This document shows, one piece after another, positions 31,013 through 40,581 of a stretch of DNA of 64,000 nucleotides (positions are counted from its first letter, which is position 1; the number at the start of each line of letters is the position of its first letter). The notes under the pieces were generated by a model. The model was not told the origin of the DNA, did not search any database, and worked only from the letters and a program-made list of their open reading frames with translations. Source of the DNA: Myxococcales bacterium (GTDB taxonomy: Bacteria; Myxococcota_A; Polyangia; Polyangiales; Polyangiaceae); the NCBI GenBank assembly GCA_016720545.1, contig JADKKK010000003.1:281516-345515 (forward strand), read 5' to 3'. The translations under genes were made by a program, and so were the position numbers.

Positions 31013-31765
31013 CTATTCCTGAGCGCGATAGGCGCGCGCCACCGGCACGATCGCGCGCGGATCGTTCGTGACGACGCCGTCCGCGCCGAGCGCGAAGAGC
31101 CGCGCCGCCTCGGCGGGATCGTCGATGGTCCAGTAGTCGACGCGCACGCCGACCGCGTGGCACTTCGCGATGAAGCCCGCTCCGTCGAGCCGCAGCGGGC
31201 CCTGGTGCGTGGGGATCTGCGCGGCGTTGCCGCGGGGCGCGAGCCGCTCGAGCACCGCGAGCGGCAGAGCGCGAAGCAACACGACCTCCGAGAGGCCGAG
31301 CCCGGTGTTCGCATGGCCGAGGGCGCGGACGGCGCGCACGTTGGACGAGAAGAAGCTCGTGAGCCGCACGCGCTCGCCCGCCGCACGCTCCCGCACCACG
31401 CGCACGACGGCCGCGGCCGCGCGGGCGTCGCGGGGCTTCACGTCGATGTTGAAGAACGCCGTGGGGAAGGCGTCGAGGGCCTCGGCGAGGGTGGGCACGC
31501 GGTGCTCACCGCGCGCTCGGGGGTGCGTCGCGCCCGCGTTCCATCGTCGCAGCGCCGCGAGCGGGGTCGCGTCGACCCGGGCAGGCTCTCGGCAGCAGCG
31601 CTCGCCGGTGTCGTCGTGCGCGATCACCACCGCGCCGTCGGAGGTGAGATGGACGTCGGTCTCGAGCGCGTCGGCGCCGGCCTCGAGCGCGCAAGCGAAC
31701 CCCTCGAGGGTGTTCTCGGGCCGCTCGGCGGGCGCGCCGCGGTGCCCATAGACGACCTTCTTCAC
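31013..31765 (-). CDS. Glycerophosphodiester phosphodiesterase (GDPD/UgpQ family)
   Basis: VYGHRGAPAERPENTLEGF...LETDVHLTSDGAVVIAHDDT...IDVK...DYWTIDDP, the GDPD fold. Confidence 0.8.
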   Translation of the reverse strand: MKKVVYGHRGAPAERPENTLEGFACALEAGADALETDVHLTSDGAVVIAHDDTGERCCREPARVDATPLAALRRWNAGATHPRARGEHRVPTLAEALDAFPTAFFNIDVKPRDARAAAAVVRVVRERAAGERVRLTSFFSSNVRAVRALGHANTGLGLSEVVLLRALPLAVLERLAPRGNAAQIPTHQGPLRLDGAGFIAKCHAVGVRVDYWTIDDPAEAARLFALGADGVVTNDPRAIVPVARAYRAQE

Positions 31766-31848
31766 CGCGCCTCTTCCATGCCCACACTAGTAGTCGTTGA
31801 ATAGGCCGTCCATCCACGTATTTCAGGCCACGGGACACCCCACCCACG

Positions 31849-32787
31849 ATGCACAACCTGTACGACCGAGTCTTTCCCCGATGGGCGCCAGAGCACAGGT
31901 TCCGCCCGGTGCGCTCGAGCGCGACCGTCGACGCCGCGTCGACGCTCTCGCTGCGCTGGCTCGGCACGGCCAGCTTCGTGCTCGAGAGCGCGACCACCAC
32001 CGTGCTCATCGATCCGTACCTCACGCGCAAGCCGCTCCTCGCCATGCCGTTCGCGCACGAGCCCGACGACGGCGCGATCTTCGGCGCCCTCCCCGACAAG
32101 GTCGACGCGGTGCTCTGCGGGCACTCGCACTACGATCACGTGGCCGACGCGCCGCGGATCGCGAAGCGCACGGGCGCGAAGCTCGTGGGGTCGGAGAGCA
32201 CCTGCGCCTGGGGCGCCGCCGAGGGGCTCAGCGAGTCGCAGCTCGTGCGCGTGGGGCCGCGCGGACGCACCCTCGAGGTGGGCGACATGACCGTTCGCTT
32301 CATCCCGAGCCAGCACGGGAAGGTCGCGTTTCACCGCGTGCCGTTCCCGGGCTTCGTGACCGAGGCGCCGAGGCTCCCGCAGCCCGTCTGGGCCTACAAG
32401 ATGGGCGGCGCGTTCGGCATCCACGTGCGCGTGGGCGCGCTTTCGGTCTACCACAACGGCAGCGCCGACCTCATCGACGCGGAGCTGCGCGACGTGCGCG
32501 CCGACGTGCTCCTCGCCTGCCTCGCGGGCCGCCGGGGCACGGAGAGCTACCTCCGGCGCCTCGTCGATCACCTGCACCCCGGCCTCGTGGTGCCGACCCA
32601 CCACGACGCGTTCTTCGCGCCGCTCTCGCGGGGCGTGCACCTCTTGCCGCGCATCGACCTCGGGGGCTTCCTCGCGGAGACCGCGGTGTACGCGCCCGGC
32701 GCCACCCGCGTGACCGTCGACTACCTGGAGACTCTCTCGGTGCCGCTCGGCGACGCCCGCGGCGCGGCGCTCCTCCCACGCGCGTGA
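31849..32787 (+). CDS. MBL-fold metallo-hydrolase
   Basis: LCGHSHYDHV metal-binding motif and further His/Asp positions (HGK, HHD). Confidence 0.7.
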   Translation: MHNLYDRVFPRWAPEHRFRPVRSSATVDAASTLSLRWLGTASFVLESATTTVLIDPYLTRKPLLAMPFAHEPDDGAIFGALPDKVDAVLCGHSHYDHVADAPRIAKRTGAKLVGSESTCAWGAAEGLSESQLVRVGPRGRTLEVGDMTVRFIPSQHGKVAFHRVPFPGFVTEAPRLPQPVWAYKMGGAFGIHVRVGALSVYHNGSADLIDAELRDVRADVLLACLAGRRGTESYLRRLVDHLHPGLVVPTHHDAFFAPLSRGVHLLPRIDLGGFLAETAVYAPGATRVTVDYLETLSVPLGDARGAALLPRA

Positions 32788-32842
32788 CGCCCGCGCAGAT
32801 GTTGCGGCGCCGAGGCGAGTCCCCACGTAGACTGCGCGCGCC

Positions 32843-35812
32843 GTGCGCCGCGCCCACACGCTCCTCGCCGCGCTCGCCGCGCTCGCCTCGCTGACCTCGC
32901 TTGCGACCCCGGCGCGCGCGGCCTTCGACCCCGCGCTCAAGTGGAAGTCCCTCGAGTCGAAGCACTTTCGCGTCACGTTCTACACGGGGCTCGACGACGT
33001 CGCGCGGCGCGTCGCCGACCTCGCGGAGGCCGCGCACGACACGCTCGCGCCGCCGCTCGGCTGGGCGCCCGAGGACAAGACCGAGATCCTCATCAACGAC
33101 ACGCCCGACTCGGCCAACGGGTCAGCCACGGCGCTGCCCTACAACGCCGTGCGCTTGAACGTGACGGCGCCCGACGACCTGTCGCCGCTCGGCGACGTAG
33201 ACGACTGGCTGCTCGCGCTCATCACGCACGAGTACACGCACGTCCTACACCTCGACAACATGACCGGCTTGCCCGTGCTGGTGAACCGGGTGATCGGCAA
33301 GACCCTCGCGCCGAACCAGGTGCAGCCTCGGTGGATCCAAGAGGGCACCGCCGTGTACTTCGAGAGCACCCGCACGAGCGGCGGGCGGCTCCGCTCGAGC
33401 CTGTGGTCGATGTACATGCGCGCCGACGTGCTCGGCCAGAACTTCGCTTCGCTCGACCAGTTCTCGAACTACGTGCGGCGGTGGCCGCAGGGGAACATTT
33501 GGTACCTCTACGGCTCGTATTTCATCCAGTGGGTCGCCGAGACCTACGGCGAGGAGACCCTCCGCCGCATGTCGGAGGAGTACGGCCGCCAGCCCATCCC
33601 GTGGGGACTCTCGCGCACCATTCGCCGCGTGACCGGCAAGACCTGGGACGAGCTCTACGTCGGGTTTCGCAAAGAGATGGAGCGGCGGGCGCACGCCACG
33701 AAGCGCGCGGTGCTCGCGCGCGGCCTACGCGAGGGCGCGCGCGTCACCTTCGTGGGCCAAGGCGCGAAGTACCCACGCTGGATCCCCCGCGGCACGTACC
33801 CCGGCTACGAAGACAAGCTGCTTTACTATCGCGAGGACGCCGACACGCGGCCCGGGCTCTACGCGGTGGCCGTCGATCGCGACGCGACCGGCGCGCCCGT
33901 CGTGGGCAAGGAGCCGCCGCGCGCGGAGCTGCTCGTGCGCACCGCGGGCGACGCGGCCGCGAGCTTCGCCCCGGACGGCTCGCTGTTCTACAACACGCCC
34001 GCGTTCTACTCGAACCTGTTCACCTACAACGAGCTCTACCGGGTAGGCCGCGGCGAGAAGAGCCCCTCGGCGCTCGACGGCGTGCCCGAGCGCCTCACCG
34101 ACGGATACCGCGCCATCGATCCCACGGTGTCGCCCGACGGCCTGCGCGTCGCGTTCGTCACGAACCACCACGGCACGCGGTACCTGCAGCTCGCCGAGCT
34201 TGGCGGTCCCACGGGCCACGCCATCACGAACGTGCGCGCGCTCGTGCAGAGCGCCCCCTACGAGCAGGCGTTCACGCCGCGCTTCTCGCCGGACGGCGCC
34301 AGCGTGGTGTTCAGCCACTGGGCGAAGGGCGGCTACCGAGACCTGTGGCTCGTCGACGTGGCGACGGGCCGCGTGCGAGAGCTCACGCACGATCGCGCCG
34401 TCGACGGCGGCTGCTCGTTCTCGCCCGACGGGCGGCGCGTGTTCTACCACTCCGACCGCACCGGAGTGTCGAACGTGTACGCGATCGAGCTCGCGACCGG
34501 CGCGGTGAGTCAGATCACCAACGTGCTCACCGGCGCGTTCTACCCCGAGGTCTCGCCCGACGGCCGATCGCTCGCGTACATCGGCTACACGAAGGACGGC
34601 TTCGACCTCTTCGTGATGCCGCTCGACCCCGCGCGCGAGCTCTCGCCGGCGCCCTACGTCGACACCCACCCGTCGCCGCCGCGCGTCCCGGCCGCCACGA
34701 ACTACGAGATCACCCCCTACTCGCCCCTCCGCACGCTGCGGCCACGGCGCTTCGCCCTCTCAACTTCGCCCGGCAATTTCGGGCAGCTCGTGAGCGCGCA
34801 GGTGTCGGCCAGCGACATCTCCGGCATGCACGGCGTCTCCGCGACCCTCGTGCAAGAGCTCGAGCGGCCCGAGGTGCAGGGCACGCTCGCGTATGCGTAC
34901 TATGGGCAGCGGTTCGACACGTCGGTGAGCGCCTCGCGCACGATCACGCCGCGCCAGTACCAGCTCGGCTCGGCGAAGCTCGCCGCCATCCAAGAGACGA
35001 CCGGCTTCCAGACAGGTGTATCTTACACGCGCTCGCGCCTCTACGACGCGCAGACCTTCGCGGCGTCGTACACGCTCCAGAACTTCGGCATCAAGCTGCC
35101 CCTCGCGAGCGAGCGGCTCGACCCCTACGAGACGCCCCAGCGCCTGCGCACGGGGCTCGCGGGGGTCGTGGGGCTCGCCTACACGTACTCCAGCGCGGAG
35201 CGCTATCTGCGGAGCGTGGGGCCGGAGCGCGGCGGCTCTGCGCAGGTCACGATGAACCTCTCGAACCCGGCGCTCGGCGGCGAGTTCGAGGGCATGAGCG
35301 CCACCGCCCGGGTCGCGCAGTACTTCCACATGCCGTGGCTCTCCCACCACTCGCTCGCGGTCAACCTCAGCGCGGGCACGAGCGGGGGCTCCTACCCAGG
35401 CAAGTCGGCGTTCTTCGTAGGCGGCTTCGTCGACGTGCCCCTCCTCGACACCGTGACCGACTCCCTCGTGCAGAGCGGCATCGTGCTCCGCGGGTATCCG
35501 TCGGGCTTCCAGGTGGGGCAGCACTACACGCTCCTCAACACCGAGTACCGCTTCCCCATCTGGAACTTCGACCGCGGCTCCTCCACGCTGCCGTTCTTCC
35601 TGAACCGCCTCACGGGCGCCGTGTTCTTCGACTACGGCGCGGCCTTCGACACCTTCGAGGACGCGAAATACAAGAGCGGCACGGGCGGCGAGCTCTGGCT
35701 CGACACGTTCCTCGGCTACGGGCTCCCGCTCACGTTCCGCCTCGGCTACGCGCGCGGCCTCGCGAGCGAGGGCACCGACAAGGTGTACGTGGTCGGGGCG
35801 ATTCCATACTAA
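32843..35812 (+). CDS. Large secreted multidomain protein: N-terminal HExxH region, TolB-like beta-propeller repeats, C-terminal probable outer-membrane beta-barrel
   Basis: Signal peptide. HEYTHVLH. Repeated ...SPDG...(V/A)F... WD40/TolB-like blades (VSPDGLRVAFV, FSPDGASVVFS, FSPDGRRVFYH, VSPDGRSLAYI). C-terminal alternating-hydrophobic strands ending LTFRLGYARGL...VYVVGAIPY. Confidence 0.55.
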   Translation: MRRAHTLLAALAALASLTSLATPARAAFDPALKWKSLESKHFRVTFYTGLDDVARRVADLAEAAHDTLAPPLGWAPEDKTEILINDTPDSANGSATALPYNAVRLNVTAPDDLSPLGDVDDWLLALITHEYTHVLHLDNMTGLPVLVNRVIGKTLAPNQVQPRWIQEGTAVYFESTRTSGGRLRSSLWSMYMRADVLGQNFASLDQFSNYVRRWPQGNIWYLYGSYFIQWVAETYGEETLRRMSEEYGRQPIPWGLSRTIRRVTGKTWDELYVGFRKEMERRAHATKRAVLARGLREGARVTFVGQGAKYPRWIPRGTYPGYEDKLLYYREDADTRPGLYAVAVDRDATGAPVVGKEPPRAELLVRTAGDAAASFAPDGSLFYNTPAFYSNLFTYNELYRVGRGEKSPSALDGVPERLTDGYRAIDPTVSPDGLRVAFVTNHHGTRYLQLAELGGPTGHAITNVRALVQSAPYEQAFTPRFSPDGASVVFSHWAKGGYRDLWLVDVATGRVRELTHDRAVDGGCSFSPDGRRVFYHSDRTGVSNVYAIELATGAVSQITNVLTGAFYPEVSPDGRSLAYIGYTKDGFDLFVMPLDPARELSPAPYVDTHPSPPRVPAATNYEITPYSPLRTLRPRRFALSTSPGNFGQLVSAQVSASDISGMHGVSATLVQELERPEVQGTLAYAYYGQRFDTSVSASRTITPRQYQLGSAKLAAIQETTGFQTGVSYTRSRLYDAQTFAASYTLQNFGIKLPLASERLDPYETPQRLRTGLAGVVGLAYTYSSAERYLRSVGPERGGSAQVTMNLSNPALGGEFEGMSATARVAQYFHMPWLSHHSLAVNLSAGTSGGSYPGKSAFFVGGFVDVPLLDTVTDSLVQSGIVLRGYPSGFQVGQHYTLLNTEYRFPIWNFDRGSSTLPFFLNRLTGAVFFDYGAAFDTFEDAKYKSGTGGELWLDTFLGYGLPLTFRLGYARGLASEGTDKVYVVGAIPY

Positions 35813-35918
35813 CGACCTTGCAGAGCCGCACGCGAGGCGACCTGACCGCCAGGGCGACCACGGTCCGCGGCCGCCGCAGAACTTGCCTTTTCGCGCGCGG
35901 CATAGAATGGGTAGGGTC

Positions 35919-36467
35919 ATGCGTCCTCTGGTCCTCGCGCTGCTCCTCTCGGCCTCGGCCGCCCCCGCGCTCACCCTCGGTGCGACCGGGTGTGCTGGGC
36001 AGTCACGCCCGGCCCGCATGCGCGAGGCGGCCTCCGAGCTGAACCTGAACGCGCGCTTCGGCCGCATGGAAATGGCGAGCGAGCACGTGGCGCCCGAGGC
36101 ACGCGAGGCGTTCTTCAAGCGGCGCTCCGTGTGGGGCGGGCGCGTGCGCATCGTCGACTCCGAGCTCGTCGGCATCCGCTTCGAGAAGGACGACTCCGAG
36201 GCGCGGGCCACCGTGGCGGTCGCGTGGCAGCCGGTCGACGACGGCGACCTGCGCACCACAACAGTCACCCAGACCTTCAAAGACAAGCGAAACGGCTGGC
36301 TCCTCGTGTCGGAAGAGGTCGCGGGCGGCGACGTGGGCCTGTTCGGCGGGAAGGCGGCGGCGCCGAAGGACGTCCCCAAGAGCGCGCCCCGCAAGAACCA
36401 GTTCGACACGATCCGCCTCGGTCAGGGCGAGCCCACGAAGCCCTCGGGCGACGACTCGGCGCCCTGA
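35919..36467 (+). CDS. Hypothetical lipoprotein
   Basis: MRPLVLALLLSASAAPALTLGATGCAG lipobox. No known motifs. Confidence 0.5.
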   Translation: MRPLVLALLLSASAAPALTLGATGCAGQSRPARMREAASELNLNARFGRMEMASEHVAPEAREAFFKRRSVWGGRVRIVDSELVGIRFEKDDSEARATVAVAWQPVDDGDLRTTTVTQTFKDKRNGWLLVSEEVAGGDVGLFGGKAAAPKDVPKSAPRKNQFDTIRLGQGEPTKPSGDDSAP

Positions 36468-36476
36468 CAGCTACTC

Positions 36477-37277
36477 CTACTTCTGGAAGCAGTAGAACCG
36501 TCTCTTCAGGCTGCACGGCCGACCACCGAGCGAGGTCCAGTCGGTCGGGAGGAACGACGGGATGCGCCGCGCGTTGCCGGTCGTGCCAAAGTCGTTCGCT
36601 GCGGCGGAGGTCCAGCGCGCGCAGTTGTTGCTGAGCGAGGCCGAGCCGTCGCCGTTGGTCCCGGTCCACACCCACGCCACGACGGAGTTCTCGTCGAAAT
36701 CGACCTGGGCGCCGGAGCCGGTGCGGTCCATTTGCACACGCGGGCCCTGGGTCAGGAGCTCCGCCTTTGACGCGGCCACGAGGACCGGCGCGCTGCCGTC
36801 CACCCCGCCGGGGAGCGCATAGGCGAAGTCCGAGATGCGTGAGGCCGCGTTGAACTTGGTGCCCGTCGCGGTCTCCCAGGAGAGCCACGCGACGTAGGTG
36901 CCGGGCAGCGAGTTGGCGCGCGCCTCGGTGGCGCACACCGCGTCTGCGGCGACCCACGGATCGCCCGCGCCCGCGAAGGCTCCGTCGACCTTGGCGTCGG
37001 TCACGAAGACGAGATGTGCGGGGCTCCCTGCCGCGTCCGGCGCGGGCGCGTCGGGGACGGAGGTGTCGGGGACGGAGGTGTCGGGGACGGCGCTGTCATT
37101 CGGAGGGGGCGCCGCGTCGCTCGGAGCGGTCGCTGTGGTGGTCGCGCTCGGCGAGGGGGCCGCGTCAGTCTTTTGCGCCGTGGGTTCGTCGCCGACGCAG
37201 GCACCGAGGAGCCACGCAGCGGCGAGCGCGGAGACGGAGATCGAGGGCAGGAAACTGGGCACGCGGCGAAGGAGCAT
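36477..37277 (-). CDS. Secreted lipoprotein, paralogue of 30109..30891 (C-terminus ...RRFYCFQK)
   Basis: Lipobox LLGACVG. Ser/Pro/Asp-rich linker. Conserved C-terminal domain shared with 30109..30891. Confidence 0.6.
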   Translation of the reverse strand: MLLRRVPSFLPSISVSALAAAWLLGACVGDEPTAQKTDAAPSPSATTTATAPSDAAPPPNDSAVPDTSVPDTSVPDAPAPDAAGSPAHLVFVTDAKVDGAFAGAGDPWVAADAVCATEARANSLPGTYVAWLSWETATGTKFNAASRISDFAYALPGGVDGSAPVLVAASKAELLTQGPRVQMDRTGSGAQVDFDENSVVAWVWTGTNGDGSASLSNNCARWTSAAANDFGTTGNARRIPSFLPTDWTSLGGRPCSLKRRFYCFQK

Positions 37278-37435
37278 CCCCCCTACGGTAGTAGCGCGAG
37301 GCGCGGACGGCAAACGGCTCGGCGAGGCTCGCGGCGCCTGGTCGCGATGGCTCGCAGACTTCGCCTCGCGGGGTCGTGCTCGGGTCGCACGAGTAGCGAG
37401 TGCCTAGCGGACGCGGCTCCGCGCGTCCTCGGACA

Positions 37436-37816
37436 TCACCGGATGACGCAGGCCCCCGCGACGCACGCGGCGACCTTGTTCCCGCAGGGATCGGCGAAGC
37501 ATCGAACCCCGGGACCGGCGCAGGTCGGGTCTGGAGCGCTCTGGGTGAGGGCTCGGCAGTCGCAGCCCGTGCAGTAGTCGGAGAAGAGGCGACAGTCCGC
37601 GTCGGTCACGCAACCGGGGTCGGCGACGCAGACCGCGCGGCGCTTCTGCACCTCGCAGTGGGTGCCCGAGGCGCAGCGCACGAGCGCGCAAGCGTTGGTC
37701 CCTTTGAGGGCCTCTTCGCTCGTGCCGGTACCCTCGTCGACCTCGGCCGCGCAGCCAACGACCGCGAGCGCGGTCACGACACCGAAACAGACACTCCCGA
37801 AAACTCGCTGCATCAT
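37436..37816 (-). CDS. Small Cys-rich secreted lipoprotein (16 Cys in ~105 mature residues)
   Basis: Lipobox LAVVGCAA. Mature part CALVRCASGTHCEVQKRRAVCVADPGCVTDADCRLFSDYCTGCDCRAL...CAGPGVRCFADPCGNKVAACVAGACV. Confidence 0.55.
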   Translation of the reverse strand: MMQRVFGSVCFGVVTALAVVGCAAEVDEGTGTSEEALKGTNACALVRCASGTHCEVQKRRAVCVADPGCVTDADCRLFSDYCTGCDCRALTQSAPDPTCAGPGVRCFADPCGNKVAACVAGACVIR

Positions 37817-38303
37817 GGTGAAGCCTCCCCAACGCGCTAGGCGCGCCCGAGCTGTAGCGCACGCCGGGCCGGCGTCAAGCAGCGAAAGACCGGCTCATGG
37901 ATGGCTCACCACCTGGGTCAAGGCGCCTTCCTCGTTTAAGCGAAGGCCCAAGGCCCCCCCAGACGAAGCCCTCCTCTCGAACGCCGCGGTGCCCGACTGA
38001 CGCTCGACCTCCGAGACGACCTCGGCCTTCGACCTCGAGGCCGACACGAGCGGGAGGGTCTTCAGTGTCTGCTCTAGCTTGGGCACGGTGTTCGTGGTCG
38101 AGCTCGTCTTTGAGATAGGCGTGGCACCGGCGTGCGGCGGGAGCGTCACGTCCTCGCCCAGGCGAGCCTCGAGCACCCGCGCACGGATCGCGCGCCCGGA
38201 TCGAGAAATCAGGCCGGCGCACGGTGGCACGCCGGTCCCCACGCGGTTTCCCGGGAACTGCGGGGGAAGGCGGCTGGCACGACGCCTGCACTAGCGAACC
38301 TCT

Positions 38304-38663
38304 ATGAAACAGATCCTATCTATTATGTTCGTCGGCATGTTGGTGGCCTGCGGCGGCGTGGCGATCGAGTCCGCGTCCGACTCGGGGGCGGCCGACTCGG
38401 CCCCCACGAGCGACGCTTCGGCTGCGCGCGACTCGGCCTCCGACGCGCGGGGCCCGAAGGACGCGGCGATCGAGACCGACGACGCAGGCTGCCCGGTCGA
38501 CTTCGCCGCGGCCGCGGGCACGCCGTGCAGCCCGCCGGGGCGCGGCTGCGGGACCTGCACCGATCCTTGCCAATTCTGCCGCGTGCTCCGCTGTCAGCTC
38601 GGCAAGTGGGAGAACCTCGAGGTGTTCCCGCTCCCCTGCGACGCGAGCGCCGAGGGCGGCTGA
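38304..38663 (+). CDS. Small Cys-rich secreted lipoprotein
   Basis: Lipobox MLVACGG. Asp/Ser/Ala-rich linker. C-terminal GCPVDF...CSPPGRGCGTCTDPCQFCRVLRCQLGKWENLEVFPLPC. Confidence 0.55.
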   Translation: MKQILSIMFVGMLVACGGVAIESASDSGAADSAPTSDASAARDSASDARGPKDAAIETDDAGCPVDFAAAAGTPCSPPGRGCGTCTDPCQFCRVLRCQLGKWENLEVFPLPCDASAEGG

Positions 38664-38695
38664 GGGGGCGCGTCGGCAGAGCCAGGGGTCGGCCG

Positions 38696-38842
38696 CGTCG
38701 CTCACGGGCGGGCCCTCACCCCTCGCGGGCCCTCACCCCTCGCGGGCCCTCACCCCTCGCGGGCCCTCACCCCTCGCGGGCCCTCACCCCTCGCGAAACG
38801 GCACGAGCCCCACGCGCCCCTCTCCCACGAGGGGAGAGACGC
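38696..38842. repeat. GC-rich repeat block R1: 5 tandem 18-mers (GGGCCCTCACCCCTCGCG) followed by the hairpin GCGCCCCTCTCCCACGAGGGGAGAG
   Basis: Direct reading. Related copies at 44680-44850 and 47452-47515 carry the CCCTCACCCC core in direct or inverted orientation. Confidence 0.85.
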
Positions 38843-38885
38843 GTCCGCGACCGCGACCGGTGGCGGCGCCCCGTAGCATGGGACG

Positions 38886-39272
38886 TCAGGATGTGAGAAC
38901 ACTGACGCCGATGGCGTGTGCGGCGAGCGCCTCAAGATCGTGCGCGTCGGACGTAAGAACAGTGCCATCCGGCTCGGCATAGGCAACGACGAGGGCGTCC
39001 ACGGCGGAGCTTGTCTTGGCAAGCCGACGAAGTTGAGCGGCGCGACGGGCGAGCGATTCGGGGAGATGTTCGATGATGTCGCAGGTCTTAAGGAACTGAT
39101 TCGCTGGGGCATCTCGTCCGGCGTGACCCTGAAGACACTCGACGAGCACGACCGCGGGAACGCGAGGAGGCCACTGACCGGTGCGCAGGAAGGCCCGAAT
39201 CCGAGTGTTGGTGTCCTTGGACTGGCGCGCGAGGAGGGAAACTCCGCCAGAATCGAGAACGAGAGTATTCAT
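38886..39272 (-). CDS. vapC: PIN-domain ribonuclease toxin (VapC-like)
   Basis: MNTLVLDSGGVSLL... small PIN-like protein. The start overlaps the stop of the upstream antitoxin (ATGA). Confidence 0.65.
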   Translation of the reverse strand: MNTLVLDSGGVSLLARQSKDTNTRIRAFLRTGQWPPRVPAVVLVECLQGHAGRDAPANQFLKTCDIIEHLPESLARRAAQLRRLAKTSSAVDALVVAYAEPDGTVLTSDAHDLEALAAHAIGVSVLTS

Positions 39273-39507
39273 CCGACCTTCCGAGTGGACCGGCGGGCGC
39301 CCTTGCGAACCCACGCGTCGGCGCGGGCCTGTTCCGCCGGTGTCGGCTCGCCGAACTTGTCGGTGAGGCTCGCGAGGTACTTCTCCGTCTCGGCGAGCAG
39401 CTCCTGCCGGCGCAGCTCGGCGGCGAGCGCCTTCTGCAAGATCTCCGAAACCGGCAGACCGCTGGCCTTGACCTGCTGGTAGAGCTGCTCGGGAAGGTAG
39501 ACCTGCA
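39269..39507 (-). CDS. vapB: Type II antitoxin (VapB/RHH-like)
   Basis: MARMQVYLPEQLYQQVKASGLPVSEILQKALAAELRRQELLAE, an RHH/ParD-like antitoxin N-terminus, immediately upstream of vapC. Confidence 0.6.
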
Positions 39508-39651
39508 TGCGCGCCATACGCCTAAGTATACACCGAGCGAGCACGGCCTGCACGTGCGCAGGCTCGGCGCAGAATTGGCGATGGAGGTGTGGGTCAGCTG
39601 TGGGTCGGACCCGACGCCACACCTTGAGCTCGGGCCGCGCTCCGGTCCACG

Positions 39652-40581
39652 CTACTGAAGTACCACCTGTCCACCCCAATCTCCCGTTCCGCCCGACGAC
39701 ACGCTCAGGCTAATGTCGAAGGCTCCGGCGTCGAAGGACTTGCTCTCATAGGTGCCGGCTCCAATCAGATAGGAGCCGACCGGCAGCTTCGTGAGCGTCG
39801 CAGTCGGCACGGTAGCTGTCCCATCGGCGAAGTCGTACTCGCACGAGAGCACATGCACGGGGTATCCTCCCGTCTTCCAAAGCGTGAAGCCGATCTTGCC
39901 GACCTCCCCGGATCCTCCGCTCCACGAAAGGACGATATCCTGATTGCGGGGGAGGCGTTGACCGCTCACGAGGACCGGCCCGGTGACCGTAAAACTCTTG
40001 GGTGTTCGGAGGGTCTCGCGGAAGGCAGGCACCGCGCCGCCCGTTGTCGTAATCGTCACGTCCTCCCCGCCCAACCACCCCGGGATGGGCGCTCGCGGGT
40101 AGCGCCCCAGCGGGTTTTGAGCGAGAGTGATCCCACCAGTCGGCAGGAAACTGCTTGTGACTGTGATGGTGCCGGCGGACACCTCGCCCAGAACCGTACC
40201 GTCGCGGGTTGGGCACGCCCGCAGAAGGCACGCCCCCTCCGTCGTGGTGACACAATCTCCGTCCGTGTAATAGCCAAATGCGGCGCCCACAACCGTCTGA
40301 TCGCCACCGTCCGGAAGTCTGCTCATCTGGGCGAAGACGCCCCCCTTCGGGACGCCGCCCTCGATCGATGCGGCATCGCGCCCGCCTGCGTCGACGAAGG
40401 GCGGGCGGGCATCGACGGGCGTGGCGGCGTCGACCGAGCCGGGGCTACCACCATCCCGCCGGGAGATAGGTGCGTCGGAGGACGCGTCGGAGGATGTTGC
40501 CGTGGCGAGCAGGGTGCCGTCGCCTCCGCAGCCCACGAACCACACTAGGAGAAGGAATCCTGCAATGGACGACGCCGCCAT
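39652..40581 (-). CDS. Hypothetical secreted lipoprotein
   Basis: MAASSIAGFLLLVWFVGCGG lipobox. Gly/Thr-rich beta-type sequence. Confidence 0.5.
   Translation of the reverse strand: MAASSIAGFLLLVWFVGCGGDGTLLATATSSDASSDAPISRRDGGSPGSVDAATPVDARPPFVDAGGRDAASIEGGVPKGGVFAQMSRLPDGGDQTVVGAAFGYYTDGDCVTTTEGACLLRACPTRDGTVLGEVSAGTITVTSSFLPTGGITLAQNPLGRYPRAPIPGWLGGEDVTITTTGGAVPAFRETLRTPKSFTVTGPVLVSGQRLPRNQDIVLSWSGGSGEVGKIGFTLWKTGGYPVHVLSCEYDFADGTATVPTATLTKLPVGSYLIGAGTYESKSFDAGAFDISLSVSSGGTGDWGGQVVLQ

Noticed and set aside
32941-36042. 1033-aa + strand ORF and 34760..36409 - ORF
   Set aside because: Alternative-frame and antisense shadows of the 989-aa secreted protein gene (32843..35812). Arg/Pro-rich low complexity.
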